64,000 bases of DNA from an uncultured Actinomycetota bacterium (GTDB taxonomy: Bacteria > Actinomycetota > Actinomycetes > Mycobacteriales > CADCTP01), in contig CAVSMA010000004.1 in NCBI GenBank assembly GCA_963728945.1, positions 532,710 to 596,709 on the forward strand. The letters are read 5' to 3'. The notes below the pieces were generated by a model. It was not told where the DNA came from, made no database searches, and saw only the letters and a list, made by a program, of their open reading frames with translations. Positions 17,512 through 26,459 of the stretch are shown here, one piece after another (the first letter of the stretch is position 1; each line of letters begins with the position of its first letter). The position numbers and the translations under genes are program-made.

Positions 17512-18561
17512 TCAGACGTCGGAGGAGAAGCGGACGGCGGCGTCGCCGAGCCAGACCCCGGGCCAGACCCGGACGCCGGCCCGCAGCTCGTTGCGGCCGC
17601 CGAGCTGCACCCCGTCGCCCAGGACCGCGTCCTCGACCACGCAGCCGGCGCCGACGACCGCGCCGCGGCCGACCACCGACCGGGTGACCACGGCGCCGTC
17701 GTGCACCTGGGCACCGTCGAACAGCACCGCCGCGTCCAGCCGGGCGCCGGGGCCGACCGTGCAGCTCGCGCCGACGGTGGTGCCGCCCGCGAGCACCGCG
17801 TTCGGCGCGACCGCCGCGCCGGGCAGCACCACCGCCTCGCCCGGCTCGCCCGGCAGCGCCGCGGTCGGCGCGATCCCGAGCACGAGGTCGGCGCTGCCCC
17901 GCACGAACGTGGCCGGCGTACCGAGGTCGAGCCAGTAGGTGGAGTCGACGTAGCCGAGCACCACCGCGCCCGAGGCCAGCAGCCCGGGGAAGGTCTCCCG
18001 CTCGACCGAGACCGGCCCCCCGGTCGGGATCGTCTCCAGCACCGACCGGCGGAAGACGTAACAGCCGGCGTTGATCTGGTCGGTGACCGGGTCGGGCGAC
18101 TTCTCCAGGAACGCCTGCACCCGCCCGTCGGCGTCGGTCGGCACCGAGCCGAACGCCCGCGGGTCCTCCACCCGGGTCAGGTGCAGGGTGGCGTCGGCGT
18201 CGCCGGCCCGGTGCGTCTCCACCAGCTTGGTCAGGTCGACCCCGGACAGCACGTCACCGTTGAAGACCAGCACGTCGTCGGAGCGCACCCGGTCGAGCAC
18301 GTTGCGGATCCCGCCGCCGGTGCCGAGCGGCGTCTCCTCGGTGACGTACTCCAGCTCCAGCCCGAGGTCGGCGCCGGTGCCGAAGTGGTCCGCGAACACG
18401 TCCGCCTGGTAGGAGGTAGACAGCACCACCCGGCGCACGCCGGCCGCCTTGACACGGCTGAACAGGTGGGTCAGGAAGGGAACGCCGGCCGTGGGCAGCA
18501 TCGGCTTGGGCGCGCTCAGCGTCAGCGGGCGCAGCCGGGTGCCCTGGCCGCCCACCAGCAC
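17512..18561 (-). CDS. manB: mannose-1-phosphate guanylyltransferase (GDP-mannose pyrophosphorylase; Rv3264c ManB type)
   Basis: LVGGQGTRLRPLTLSAPKPMLPTAGVPFLTHL...EETPLGTGGGI...DQINAGCYVF...VWPGVWLGDAAVRFSSDV is colinear with the remembered Mtb ManB. Start uncertain (see findings). Confidence 0.9.
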   Translation of the reverse strand: MLVGGQGTRLRPLTLSAPKPMLPTAGVPFLTHLFSRVKAAGVRRVVLSTSYQADVFADHFGTGADLGLELEYVTEETPLGTGGGIRNVLDRVRSDDVLVFNGDVLSGVDLTKLVETHRAGDADATLHLTRVEDPRAFGSVPTDADGRVQAFLEKSPDPVTDQINAGCYVFRRSVLETIPTGGPVSVERETFPGLLASGAVVLGYVDSTYWLDLGTPATFVRGSADLVLGIAPTAALPGEPGEAVVLPGAAVAPNAVLAGGTTVGASCTVGPGARLDAAVLFDGAQVHDGAVVTRSVVGRGAVVGAGCVVEDAVLGDGVQLGGRNELRAGVRVWPGVWLGDAAVRFSSDV

Positions 18562-18615
18562 GATCGCGTCGATGGGGCCCTCCTCGGGAGTCGTCCTGGT
18601 GCGAGCGTAGCCCGG

Positions 18616-19518
18616 TCAGCCGGCCGGCTTCGGACCGGCGTCCGGCGCGGGACGTGCGCCCGCGGCGACCGCGGGAACCCGGCGGGCGAGTGCGGCCCGC
18701 GCGGCCAGCCCGGCCCGCAGCACCACCCGGACCGGCAGCCAGCGCAGCCCGGAGTAGCGCCGGGACAGGTAGCGCCAGGCGCTGGCGTGGTGCGCGTCGG
18801 CCATCGTCCGCGGGTCCTTCGAGGTCGACGCCCCGCCCTCGTGGCATACGACCGAGGTCGGCACGTACACGTTCTGCCAGCCGGCGCGGCCGATCCGCTC
18901 GCAGAGGTCGAGGTCCTCGAAGTACATGAAGTACGCCGGGTCGAAACCGCCGACCGCGTCGAACGCCTGGCGCCGGACGAGCATGCACGACCCGGACAGC
19001 CAGCCGGCCAGCCGCTCGGTCGGCACCCCGCGCTCCCGCCGGTACGCCGCGGTCCACGGGTTGGACGGCCACCACCAGCCGCACAGCGCGTGCCCGATGC
19101 CGCGGCCCAGCGAGGGCAGCTGCCGGGCGGACGGGTAGAGCGTGCCGTCCGGGGACAGGATCGCCGGGCCGAGCACGCCGGCCGACGGCCACCGACCGAC
19201 CGCCTCCAGCAGCGTGTCGAGCGCGCCGGGCTCCCAGGTCAGGTCCGGGTTGGCGATCACCACCCAGTCCCCCGGCGCCTGCCGGACGCCGAGGTTGGCG
19301 GCCCGGCCGTAGCCGAGGTTGGACCCGGTGCGCAGCAGCGTGACGCCAGGCCGCTCGGCCGCGCGCTCGGGCGCGCCGTCGGTCGACCCGTTGTCGGCGA
19401 GCACCACCCCGACCGCGCGGGTGGTCGCCTTGTCGAGCGTCTCGAGGAACGTGTCCAGGTGGGGACCCGGCGAGTATGTGACGACGACGACGCCAAGCTC
19501 CGGCGCACGTTCCGGCAC
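18616..19518 (-). CDS. wbbL: GT2 rhamnosyltransferase, WbbL type (linker-unit dTDP-Rha:GlcNAc-PP-polyprenol transferase)
   Basis: GVVVVTYSPG...VLADNGSTDG...NLGYGRAANLG...GSCMLVRRQAFDAVGGFDPAYFMYFEDLDLCER. Synteny manB-wbbL. Confidence 0.8.
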   Translation of the reverse strand: MPERAPELGVVVVTYSPGPHLDTFLETLDKATTRAVGVVLADNGSTDGAPERAAERPGVTLLRTGSNLGYGRAANLGVRQAPGDWVVIANPDLTWEPGALDTLLEAVGRWPSAGVLGPAILSPDGTLYPSARQLPSLGRGIGHALCGWWWPSNPWTAAYRRERGVPTERLAGWLSGSCMLVRRQAFDAVGGFDPAYFMYFEDLDLCERIGRAGWQNVYVPTSVVCHEGGASTSKDPRTMADAHHASAWRYLSRRYSGLRWLPVRVVLRAGLAARAALARRVPAVAAGARPAPDAGPKPAG

Positions 19519-19588
19519 GAGTCACACCCTCCTCAGCGGTCGAGACGGCGAGGAACGATAGCCCATCGTGTCCTACCGGCCCGATCCG

Positions 19589-20731
19589 TCAGTCGCGCCC
19601 CGCCCGGCCGGGCCCGACGCCCGGCCCGGCGGTGGCACCGGTCGCCGGGCCCGCTCCGGCTCCGCGGCCGGCGGTCGCCGGGTCCTGACCGGCGTCCCCG
19701 GGGCGGTCCGGCCCGGCGGTGGCGCCGGTCGACGGAGCGCGGCCCGGATCCGCCGGTGACTGGTCGGCGGCAGCGTCGGTCGGAGCGGGGTCGTCGACGC
19801 GCAGGCGCTGCTCGGCCCGGCGCATCGGTCCGCGCAGCGCGATCCCGGCGAACAGCGCCCACAGCGCGTCGCCGAGGGTCTGCACGACGCGCGAGGTCGC
19901 GACCACCGCGGTCGCCGCCCCGGCCGGCAGGAACGGCAGCAGGATCGCGCCGAGGACGACCTCGCGCACGCCGATCCCGGCCGGCACCAGCCCGAGCACC
20001 ATCACGCCGGCCGACCAGGCCAGCCCGTACGCCCCGATGGCCAGCGCCAGCGAGCCGGCCCCGGTCAGCCCGAGCGGGCGGGCCAGCGCGAGCAGCGACA
20101 GCCCGTAGAACAGCCAGGTGACCAGCAGGAACCCGCAGGCCCGCGCGGTGTTGGCGAACGTCAGCGGCCGGTCGAGCGGCGGCCGGCGCAGCATCCAGAA
20201 CAGCCGGTCGAGCAGCGGCGAGAGCACCCGCGGGTGCAGCACGACCAGCAGCACCGGCGTCAGCGCGAGCACCCACCAGTAGTGCTCGGCCGCGGCCGGG
20301 CTGGCGAACGGCAGCGTCGCGGAGGCGACCAGCAGGCCGGTCGCGCAGTGCAGGCCGACGAACAGCAGTCCGGCGACCGCGCTGCGCTGCCGGGGCACGC
20401 CGAGCGCCTTGCCCAGCTCCATCTGCGCGACGAACGGCCAGACCGCGCCGGGCAGGTATTTGCCGATCTGGGCGAGGTAGAACACCCGCATCCCGGCCGC
20501 GACCGGCAGCGGGCTGCCGAGGTCGGCCATGATCGTGCGCCAGGCGAAGCTGGTGAACCCGAGGCCGATGATCGCGGCGAGCAGGGACGCGGCGAACCAC
20601 CCAGGACCCATCCGGTGCAGCGCGTCGACCACCGCCTCGCGCTGGCGGGCGATGGTGAACACGAGCAGCGCCAGCGCGGTGAGGGCGATGGCGATGCGGG
20701 CCGCCCGGGTGGCAGACCGGGGAATCTTCAC
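19589..20731 (-). CDS. flippase-like / LPG-synthase-TM (UPF0104) family membrane protein, copy 1, with low-complexity C-terminal tail
   Basis: GTG 20731 (VKIPRS...). Motifs QIGKYLPGAVWPFVAQ and VPAGIGVREVVL, about 8 TM helices. Confidence 0.7.
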   Translation of the reverse strand: MKIPRSATRAARIAIALTALALLVFTIARQREAVVDALHRMGPGWFAASLLAAIIGLGFTSFAWRTIMADLGSPLPVAAGMRVFYLAQIGKYLPGAVWPFVAQMELGKALGVPRQRSAVAGLLFVGLHCATGLLVASATLPFASPAAAEHYWWVLALTPVLLVVLHPRVLSPLLDRLFWMLRRPPLDRPLTFANTARACGFLLVTWLFYGLSLLALARPLGLTGAGSLALAIGAYGLAWSAGVMVLGLVPAGIGVREVVLGAILLPFLPAGAATAVVATSRVVQTLGDALWALFAGIALRGPMRRAEQRLRVDDPAPTDAAADQSPADPGRAPSTGATAGPDRPGDAGQDPATAGRGAGAGPATGATAGPGVGPGRAGRD

Positions 20732-20821
20732 GACTCGCTCACTGCGGTAGCGTATCCGCCCGCGGGAGCCCGAGCCGCGAGGGCCGGGCACGAGCTGGCT
20801 ATGAGGATTGAGGGGCGTGCC

Positions 20822-21496
20822 ATGTCCACCGTCAACGGCTCCACCGCGGGCACCCCGGCACCGGGCCCGGCCCGCAGCGCTGAGAGTCCTGGCGTCGTGA
20901 TCGGCAACCACACGAACAAGTACGTGGCAAAGAACCCGGCGATCCGGTTCCTCACCCAGCGCTGGGTGGCCCGCCTGGACGACTTCCTGGGCCAGATCGG
21001 CAACAGCGAGGCGCCGCCGAAGCGCCCTCTCGAGGTCGGCGCCGGCGAGGGCGTCATCTCGATGCGGCTGTTCGAGCGGTTCGGCGACGCGACCGCGATC
21101 GACCTGCCCGACTCGGGGCTGCGGGCGGAGTGGAAGACCCGGCCGGGCCCGCGCTACCTGCACGCCGACGCGGAGAAGCAGCCGTTCCGGGACCAGGAGT
21201 TCGACCTGACCGTCTGCGTCGAGGTGCTCGAGCACCTCAACGACCCGGAGCAGGGGCTGCGCGAGCTGGCCCGGGTGACCTCGCAGCACCTGCTGGTCTC
21301 GGTCCCGCGGGAGCCGATCTTCCGCGGCTGCAACCTGATCACCGGCCGGTACGTGAAGGATCTCGGCAACACGCCCGGCCACTTCAACCACTGGTCGACC
21401 CGCAGCTTCGTACGCTTCCTGTCCCAGGTCGGCACGGTCCGCGCGGTCTCCAAGCCGTTCCCCTGGACCGTCGCCTGGGTCCGCCTCGGCAACTGA
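20822..21496 (+). CDS. class I SAM-dependent methyltransferase
   Basis: LEVGAGEGVIS (motif I), DLTVCVEVLEHLNDP. ATG 20822 after GAGGGG (ATG 20801 is an alternative). Confidence 0.75.
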   Translation: MSTVNGSTAGTPAPGPARSAESPGVVIGNHTNKYVAKNPAIRFLTQRWVARLDDFLGQIGNSEAPPKRPLEVGAGEGVISMRLFERFGDATAIDLPDSGLRAEWKTRPGPRYLHADAEKQPFRDQEFDLTVCVEVLEHLNDPEQGLRELARVTSQHLLVSVPREPIFRGCNLITGRYVKDLGNTPGHFNHWSTRSFVRFLSQVGTVRAVSKPFPWTVAWVRLGN

Positions 21497-21697
21497 CGGC
21501 GCCGTCACCCGGCCGCGTCCCGCACGGGGCCCGGCCGTCCGGCGCACGGCTCTCTCCGGCTCGTCCGGGATCGGCGCCGGCTCGATGCTGGCGGCAGCGC
21601 GGCTGGACGGCTGGCCGATGCCGGCCGATTGATTCGTACAAGAGCGACAGCGCACGACACCCTACTTTGGGGCCACCCCGAAGCAGAGGAGAGCCCC

Positions 21698-22190
21698 GTG
21701 GGCACGGTGGTCATGTACAGCTCGGTGTCGGTGGACGGCTTCGTCGCGGACGAGCAAGACCAGCCCGGGCCGCTGTTCGACTGGTTGTCCAGCGGTGACG
21801 TCCGGTTGGACGAGAGCGGCGAGGTGACGGTGTCGCAGACGTCCTACGACTACGCCCGGCCGTACTGGGACCAGATCGGGGTGACGGTCGTCGGCCGCCA
21901 CGTCTTCGACCTGACCGACGGCTGGGACGGGAAGCCTCCGAGCGGGGTCGACCACGTGGTCGTCGTGACGCACCGGCCGGAGCCAGAGGGCTGGGACGCC
22001 GAGGCGCCGTTTCACTTCGTCGACGGCGTCGAGGCAGCCGTGGCCACGGCGCAAGGGCTTGCGGGTGACCGCACAGTCGAGGTCGCCGCCGGCGACGTCG
22101 GTGGCCAGGTGCTTGCCGCCGGCCTGGTCGACGAGGTGCGTATGGACGTCGTACCCGTGGTGTTCGGGTCCGGCAAGCGCTACTTCGGGT
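21698..22190 (+). pseudogene. RibD-C/dihydrofolate-reductase-like family gene lacking its normal C-terminal ~30 aa
   Basis: VVMYSSVSVDGFVADEQDQPGP...VVGRHVFDL...VAAGDVGGQVLAAGLVDEVRMDVVPVVFGSGKRYFGS, after which the frame continues as Gly/Arg/Ala junk antisense to the next gene, with no stop until 23398. Confidence 0.5.
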
Positions 22191-22258
22191 CGGGCTGGGG
22201 CGGGCGCCTGGTCAGGGCGCGGGTAGGCGGGGGGTGCCGGGCGGGGGAAACAGCTAGC

Positions 22259-23401
22259 TCAGCCGGGGAGGCCGGCGGCGCGGGCGTAGCTGGCGAGGTG
22301 CGCCTCGGCGCTGGCGGCCCAGGTGAACTCGGCCGCCCGGCGCACCGCCGCCTCGCCGAGCGCCCGCCGCCGCTCCGGGTCGTCCAGCAGCGCGCCGAGC
22401 GCGGTCGCGATCGAGTCGGGGTCGCCCTCGGTGTAGGCCACCGCGTCGCCGCCGACCTCGGGCAGCGACAGCCGGTGCGTGGTCAGCACCGCGGCCCCGC
22501 AGGCCATCGCCTCGAGCACCGGCAGGCCGAACCCTTCGCCGTGCGACGGGTAGGCGACGACCGTGGCGCCGCCGAGGAACCCGCGCAGGTCGGAGAACTT
22601 CAGGTAGCCCGGCCGCAGCACCCGCAGATGGCTCGGCACCTCGGTGATGGCCAGGTCGATCTCGTCGTCCCAGCCGGACCCGCCGGCCAGCACCAGCGCG
22701 GGCGGCTCGGGCCGGTCCTGCACCGCCTTCACCCACCCGCGCACCAGCGACGGCACGTTCTTGCGCGGCTCCAGCATGCCGAGGAAGGCCACGTACGGCG
22801 TGTCGCGCAGGCCGAGCCTGGCCCGCACCATCTGCCGCTCGGTGTCGGTCGGCACGTGGAAGGTCTTCTGGTCGACGCCGTGGTAGGCGACGTCGATCCG
22901 GGTCGGGTCGGCGTCGAGCACGCGGATCAGCTCGTCCCGGGTCGCCTTGGACGGGACGACGCAGCGGGCAGCACGGTGCAGCGCGGTCTTGATCGCAGAC
23001 CGGAAGAACGGCCCCTTGACCGAGGTGTGTACGTCCGGCTGCGTGAAGAACGTGGCGTCGTGGATGGTCACCACGACGGGCTTCCCCGCCCGCAGCGGCA
23101 TCGTGTAGTGCGGCGAGTGCAGCACGTCCGCGCTGACCTGCTGGACGACCAGCGGCAAGCCGGTCTGCTCCCAGGCCAGCCGGGCCGGCCGGTGCGCGAT
23201 CGCGGCCGGTCCGGGCACGACCGTCGCCCCCGGTGCCATCCGGGCGAACCGTTCGGCGTCAGCGCGCTGGCAGGCGACCGCGAAGTCGGCCTGTGCGGCG
23301 TCCAACGCCGAGATCAGTCCGTCGACGTACCGTCCAACTCCACCGCGATCGGCGGGGACGGCCGTCGCATCGACGAGCACGCGGGGCGCGCGTCCTGACA
23401 C
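22259..23401 (-). CDS. GT4 glycosyltransferase (mannosyltransferase-like)
   Basis: VLVDATAVPADRGGVGRYV..., EPRKN, PSHGEGFGLPVLEAMACGAAV (E-x7-E region). GTG 23401. Confidence 0.8.
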   Translation of the reverse strand: MSGRAPRVLVDATAVPADRGGVGRYVDGLISALDAAQADFAVACQRADAERFARMAPGATVVPGPAAIAHRPARLAWEQTGLPLVVQQVSADVLHSPHYTMPLRAGKPVVVTIHDATFFTQPDVHTSVKGPFFRSAIKTALHRAARCVVPSKATRDELIRVLDADPTRIDVAYHGVDQKTFHVPTDTERQMVRARLGLRDTPYVAFLGMLEPRKNVPSLVRGWVKAVQDRPEPPALVLAGGSGWDDEIDLAITEVPSHLRVLRPGYLKFSDLRGFLGGATVVAYPSHGEGFGLPVLEAMACGAAVLTTHRLSLPEVGGDAVAYTEGDPDSIATALGALLDDPERRRALGEAAVRRAAEFTWAASAEAHLASYARAAGLPG

Positions 23402-23515
23402 GAGTCGGCTCCTGCTGTCTGCTCGGCGGTGGTACGTCTTCCCGGCGGATACCCCGTCGGCTCCGTCGTTGCACAGCGTACGCCCGCCGACGCCACTGTC
23501 CGTCACGACGGGCGC

Positions 23516-24622
23516 TCATGTCCCCAGGGTGGAGTAGAGCCGCCACAGCTCGTTTGCGGCCGCGGACCACGAGTAGTGGGCGGCGCGTTCCCGACCGGCG
23601 GATATCCGCTCCGCCCGGCCGGCCGGGTCGACCGCCTCGGCCAGCGCCCGGGCCAGCGCGGCCGGGTCGTCGCGGGGGGCGACGAGGGCGGCGCCGCCGG
23701 TCACCTCGACCAGCGCCGGCGCGTCCGAGACGACGACCGGCACCCCCGCGGCCATCGCCTCCAGCGGCGGCAGCCCGAACCCCTCGGACCGGCTCGGGGC
23801 GGCCAGCGCGGCCGCCCGGTGCAGCACCACCGCGAGGTCCTGGTCGGAGATCCGCCCGAGGGTGCGGACACGGTCGGCCGGCAGGCCCAGCTCGCGGGCC
23901 ATGGTCGCCGGGTCGACGCCGCCCCAGCCGGGCTGCCCGACCAGCAGCAGCGGCAGGTCCGGTGCCTTCGGGTCGGCCAGCGCGGCCAGCAGCACGTCCA
24001 GCCCCTTGCGCGGCTCCAGCGTGGCCAGGCTGAGCAGGTAGGCGTCCGGCAGGCCGAGCCGGGCCGCCCGCCGGTCGGCATCCGTCGGCGGCTCGCGCAG
24101 CTCGTCGGCCACGCCCTCGCCGACCACGACGACCCGGTCCGGCCGCAGCTCCGGCACGTGCCCGGCCAGCTCCGCGGCGACCGCGGCCGTCGGCACCACG
24201 ATCCGGTCGGCGTGCCGGGCGGCGGCGCCGATCGCGGTCCGGTGCCAGCCCACGCCGCGCGGGGTGAGCAGGCCGGGGTGCGTCCACGGCACCGCGTCGT
24301 GCACGGTCACCACCAGCGGGGTGCGCCGCCGCGGCGGGGCCAGCGGCGTCGGCGCGTGCACCACGTCGACGCGCGGCAACCCCGGGCCGAGGCCGCGCTC
24401 CCAGGCCGCGACCAGCCCCCGCCGCGGCAAGGGCAGCCGGCGCGGGCCGGACACCCCCTCGACGGCGGCCGGACCGACGTCCCGGTGCCACGCGGTCCAG
24501 CCGGCCACGCTGCCCCCGGCCGGCGCCGTCGCGGCGAGCGCCCGGGCCAGCTCCCGCGCGTACCGCCCGGTGCCGCCGGGCACCGGCGCCAGCACCTGCT
24601 CGACCAGCACGCCCACCCGCAC
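23516..24622 (-). CDS. GT4 glycosyltransferase
   Basis: PVPGGTGRYAREL..., LEPRKGLDVLL, PSRSEGFGLPPLEAMAAGVPVV. Confidence 0.8.
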   Translation of the reverse strand: MRVGVLVEQVLAPVPGGTGRYARELARALAATAPAGGSVAGWTAWHRDVGPAAVEGVSGPRRLPLPRRGLVAAWERGLGPGLPRVDVVHAPTPLAPPRRRTPLVVTVHDAVPWTHPGLLTPRGVGWHRTAIGAAARHADRIVVPTAAVAAELAGHVPELRPDRVVVVGEGVADELREPPTDADRRAARLGLPDAYLLSLATLEPRKGLDVLLAALADPKAPDLPLLLVGQPGWGGVDPATMARELGLPADRVRTLGRISDQDLAVVLHRAAALAAPSRSEGFGLPPLEAMAAGVPVVVSDAPALVEVTGGAALVAPRDDPAALARALAEAVDPAGRAERISAGRERAAHYSWSAAANELWRLYSTLGT

Positions 24623-24752
24623 GGCCGGACCCTACGGCCGGCGCCGGGGAGCCGGACCGGACCGGAGCCGGGCGGGCAGTGCCGGGTCCGGGCGGACAGG
24701 CGCGACCGGGGCGCCGGCGTCGGGACCTGGCCACCGGCGGTAGCGTCCGGCC

Positions 24753-25706
24753 GTGCTGCGGATCGCGCGGATGGTGCTGACCGCCGCCGTGCTGGCCGCG
24801 CTCGGGCTGGCCCTGGCGCGCCGGTGGGACGAGGTGCGCCCGCTGCTCGACCAGCTCTCCCCGGCCGCGGCCGTCGGTGCGTTCGCGTACTGCCTGCTCG
24901 GGCTGGTGGCGAGCATGCTGGCCTGGCGGGCGCTGCTGGGCGATCTCGGCAACCCGCTGCCGGTCCGGCCCGCCACCCGGGTGCTGTTCCTCGGCCAGCT
25001 GGCGAAGTACCTGCCCGGTTCCACCGTCTGGGCCGTGCTCGCGCAGACCGAGCTGGCGCACGACTACGGCGTGCCGCGCAAGCGGGCGGCGTCCGCGGGC
25101 ATCGTCCTCAATCTGGTCACGCTCGGTGTCGGGCTGCTGGTCGCGCTGCTGGCGCTGCCCGAGCTGCTCTCCGACGGCGCGCCGCGCTGGCTGCACTGGA
25201 GCCCGGTGCTGGTCCCGCTCGGGCTGGCCTGCCTGACCCCGCCGGTGCTCACCTGGATCTGCAACCTGGTGTTCCGGGTGCTGCGCCGGCCGCCGCTGGA
25301 CGTCACGTTCTCCTGGACCGGCGTCGGGATCGCGGTGCTCAGCCTGCTGGGCACCTGGCTCGCGTACGGCCTGCAGATCACCCTGCTCGGCTGGAGCCTC
25401 GGCGCCGACCCGGGCGACCTGCTGCTGCCGGCGACCGGCGCGTTCGCGGCCGCCTGGTGTGCCGGGTTCCTCGTGGTCGTCGTGCCGACCGGCGCCGGCA
25501 CCCGGGAGGCCGTGCTCACACTGGCGCTCGCCTCGCTGCTGCCCGGCGGCACGGCCGCGGCGTTGACGATCGCGGTGCTGTCCCGGCTCCTGCTCACGCT
25601 GGCCGACGTGGCCGCCGCGCTGATCGGGGTGGTGCTGGGCCGGGGGACCCGGGTGCCCGAGCCCGAACCCGCGGACGACCCCGGTCAGCCCACCCGCAGC
25701 GGGTAG
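24753..25706 (+). CDS. flippase-like / LPG-synthase-TM (UPF0104) family membrane protein, copy 2
   Basis: LGQLAKYLPGSTVWAVLAQTELA and VPTGAGTREAVL. Paralogous to 19589..20731. Confidence 0.7.
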   Translation: MLRIARMVLTAAVLAALGLALARRWDEVRPLLDQLSPAAAVGAFAYCLLGLVASMLAWRALLGDLGNPLPVRPATRVLFLGQLAKYLPGSTVWAVLAQTELAHDYGVPRKRAASAGIVLNLVTLGVGLLVALLALPELLSDGAPRWLHWSPVLVPLGLACLTPPVLTWICNLVFRVLRRPPLDVTFSWTGVGIAVLSLLGTWLAYGLQITLLGWSLGADPGDLLLPATGAFAAAWCAGFLVVVVPTGAGTREAVLTLALASLLPGGTAAALTIAVLSRLLLTLADVAAALIGVVLGRGTRVPEPEPADDPGQPTRSG

Positions 25707-26459
25707 TCAGGCCGGCCGGGTCGCCACCGCGACGAGGCCGGTGCCGCGGTCCGGCGCGAGCCGCTGCAGATACCGGAACGGCAGCGTGGCCAGCTCGATC
25801 GCGCGCCCGACCGGGCCGCCGCCGGGCTGCTGGTGCCGGCCGCTGGCGGCGGTCCGCTGCTCCGGCGTCAGCTGCGGCTCGCCGCCGGCCTCCGCGGCGA
25901 GGTGCCGCGCGTCCAGCCGGTTGCGGACCGCCTCCAGCGCGTAGCCCAGCGGCCAGCCGTAGACCTGCACCCGCGGCTCGACCAGCCCCGCCCCGCCCAG
26001 CCGCGCGGCCAGCTGGTCCGGGTCGTACCGGCGGTAGTGGCCGACCCTGGTGTCCATCGGGCCGAACCGGCGGGCGAACGCCGGCACCGAGAGCACGAGG
26101 TGCCCGCCGGGGCGGACCAGCGCCGCCCAGTCGGCCACCGCGGCGGCGTCGTCGGCCAGGTGCTCGAGCACCTCGAACGCGCACACCAGGTCGTACCGGC
26201 GGCCGGCGGGGACGCCGGTGTGGTCGGCCGCCAGCACGGTCCCGCCGCTGGCGGCCACCCTCGCCTCGGCCACCGCGTACGAGCCCGGGTCCGGCTCGAC
26301 GGCCAGGTAGTCGGCGCGCCGGGCCAGCCGGGCGCCCATCGAGCCCTGGCCGCAGCCGATCTCCAGGATCGTGGCCGGGCGCAGCTCGGCGACCAGCCGG
26401 TCGACCAGGTCCCAGCGCAGCCAGGCCCGGGGGGCCAGCGGTGGGAGCGGCGCTGTCAC
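25707..26459 (-). CDS. class I SAM-dependent methyltransferase
   Basis: ILEIGCGQGSMG, DLVCAFEVLEHLADD, GGHLVLSVP. GTG overlaps the upstream stop. Confidence 0.75.
   Translation of the reverse strand: MTAPLPPLAPRAWLRWDLVDRLVAELRPATILEIGCGQGSMGARLARRADYLAVEPDPGSYAVAEARVAASGGTVLAADHTGVPAGRRYDLVCAFEVLEHLADDAAAVADWAALVRPGGHLVLSVPAFARRFGPMDTRVGHYRRYDPDQLAARLGGAGLVEPRVQVYGWPLGYALEAVRNRLDARHLAAEAGGEPQLTPEQRTAASGRHQQPGGGPVGRAIELATLPFRYLQRLAPDRGTGLVAVATRPA

Noticed and set aside
22191-23398. Long C-terminal extension of ORF 21629..23398 beyond the DHFR-like domain
   Set aside because: It is low-complexity sequence antisense to the GT4 gene and is interpreted as loss of the native stop, not as a real fusion.
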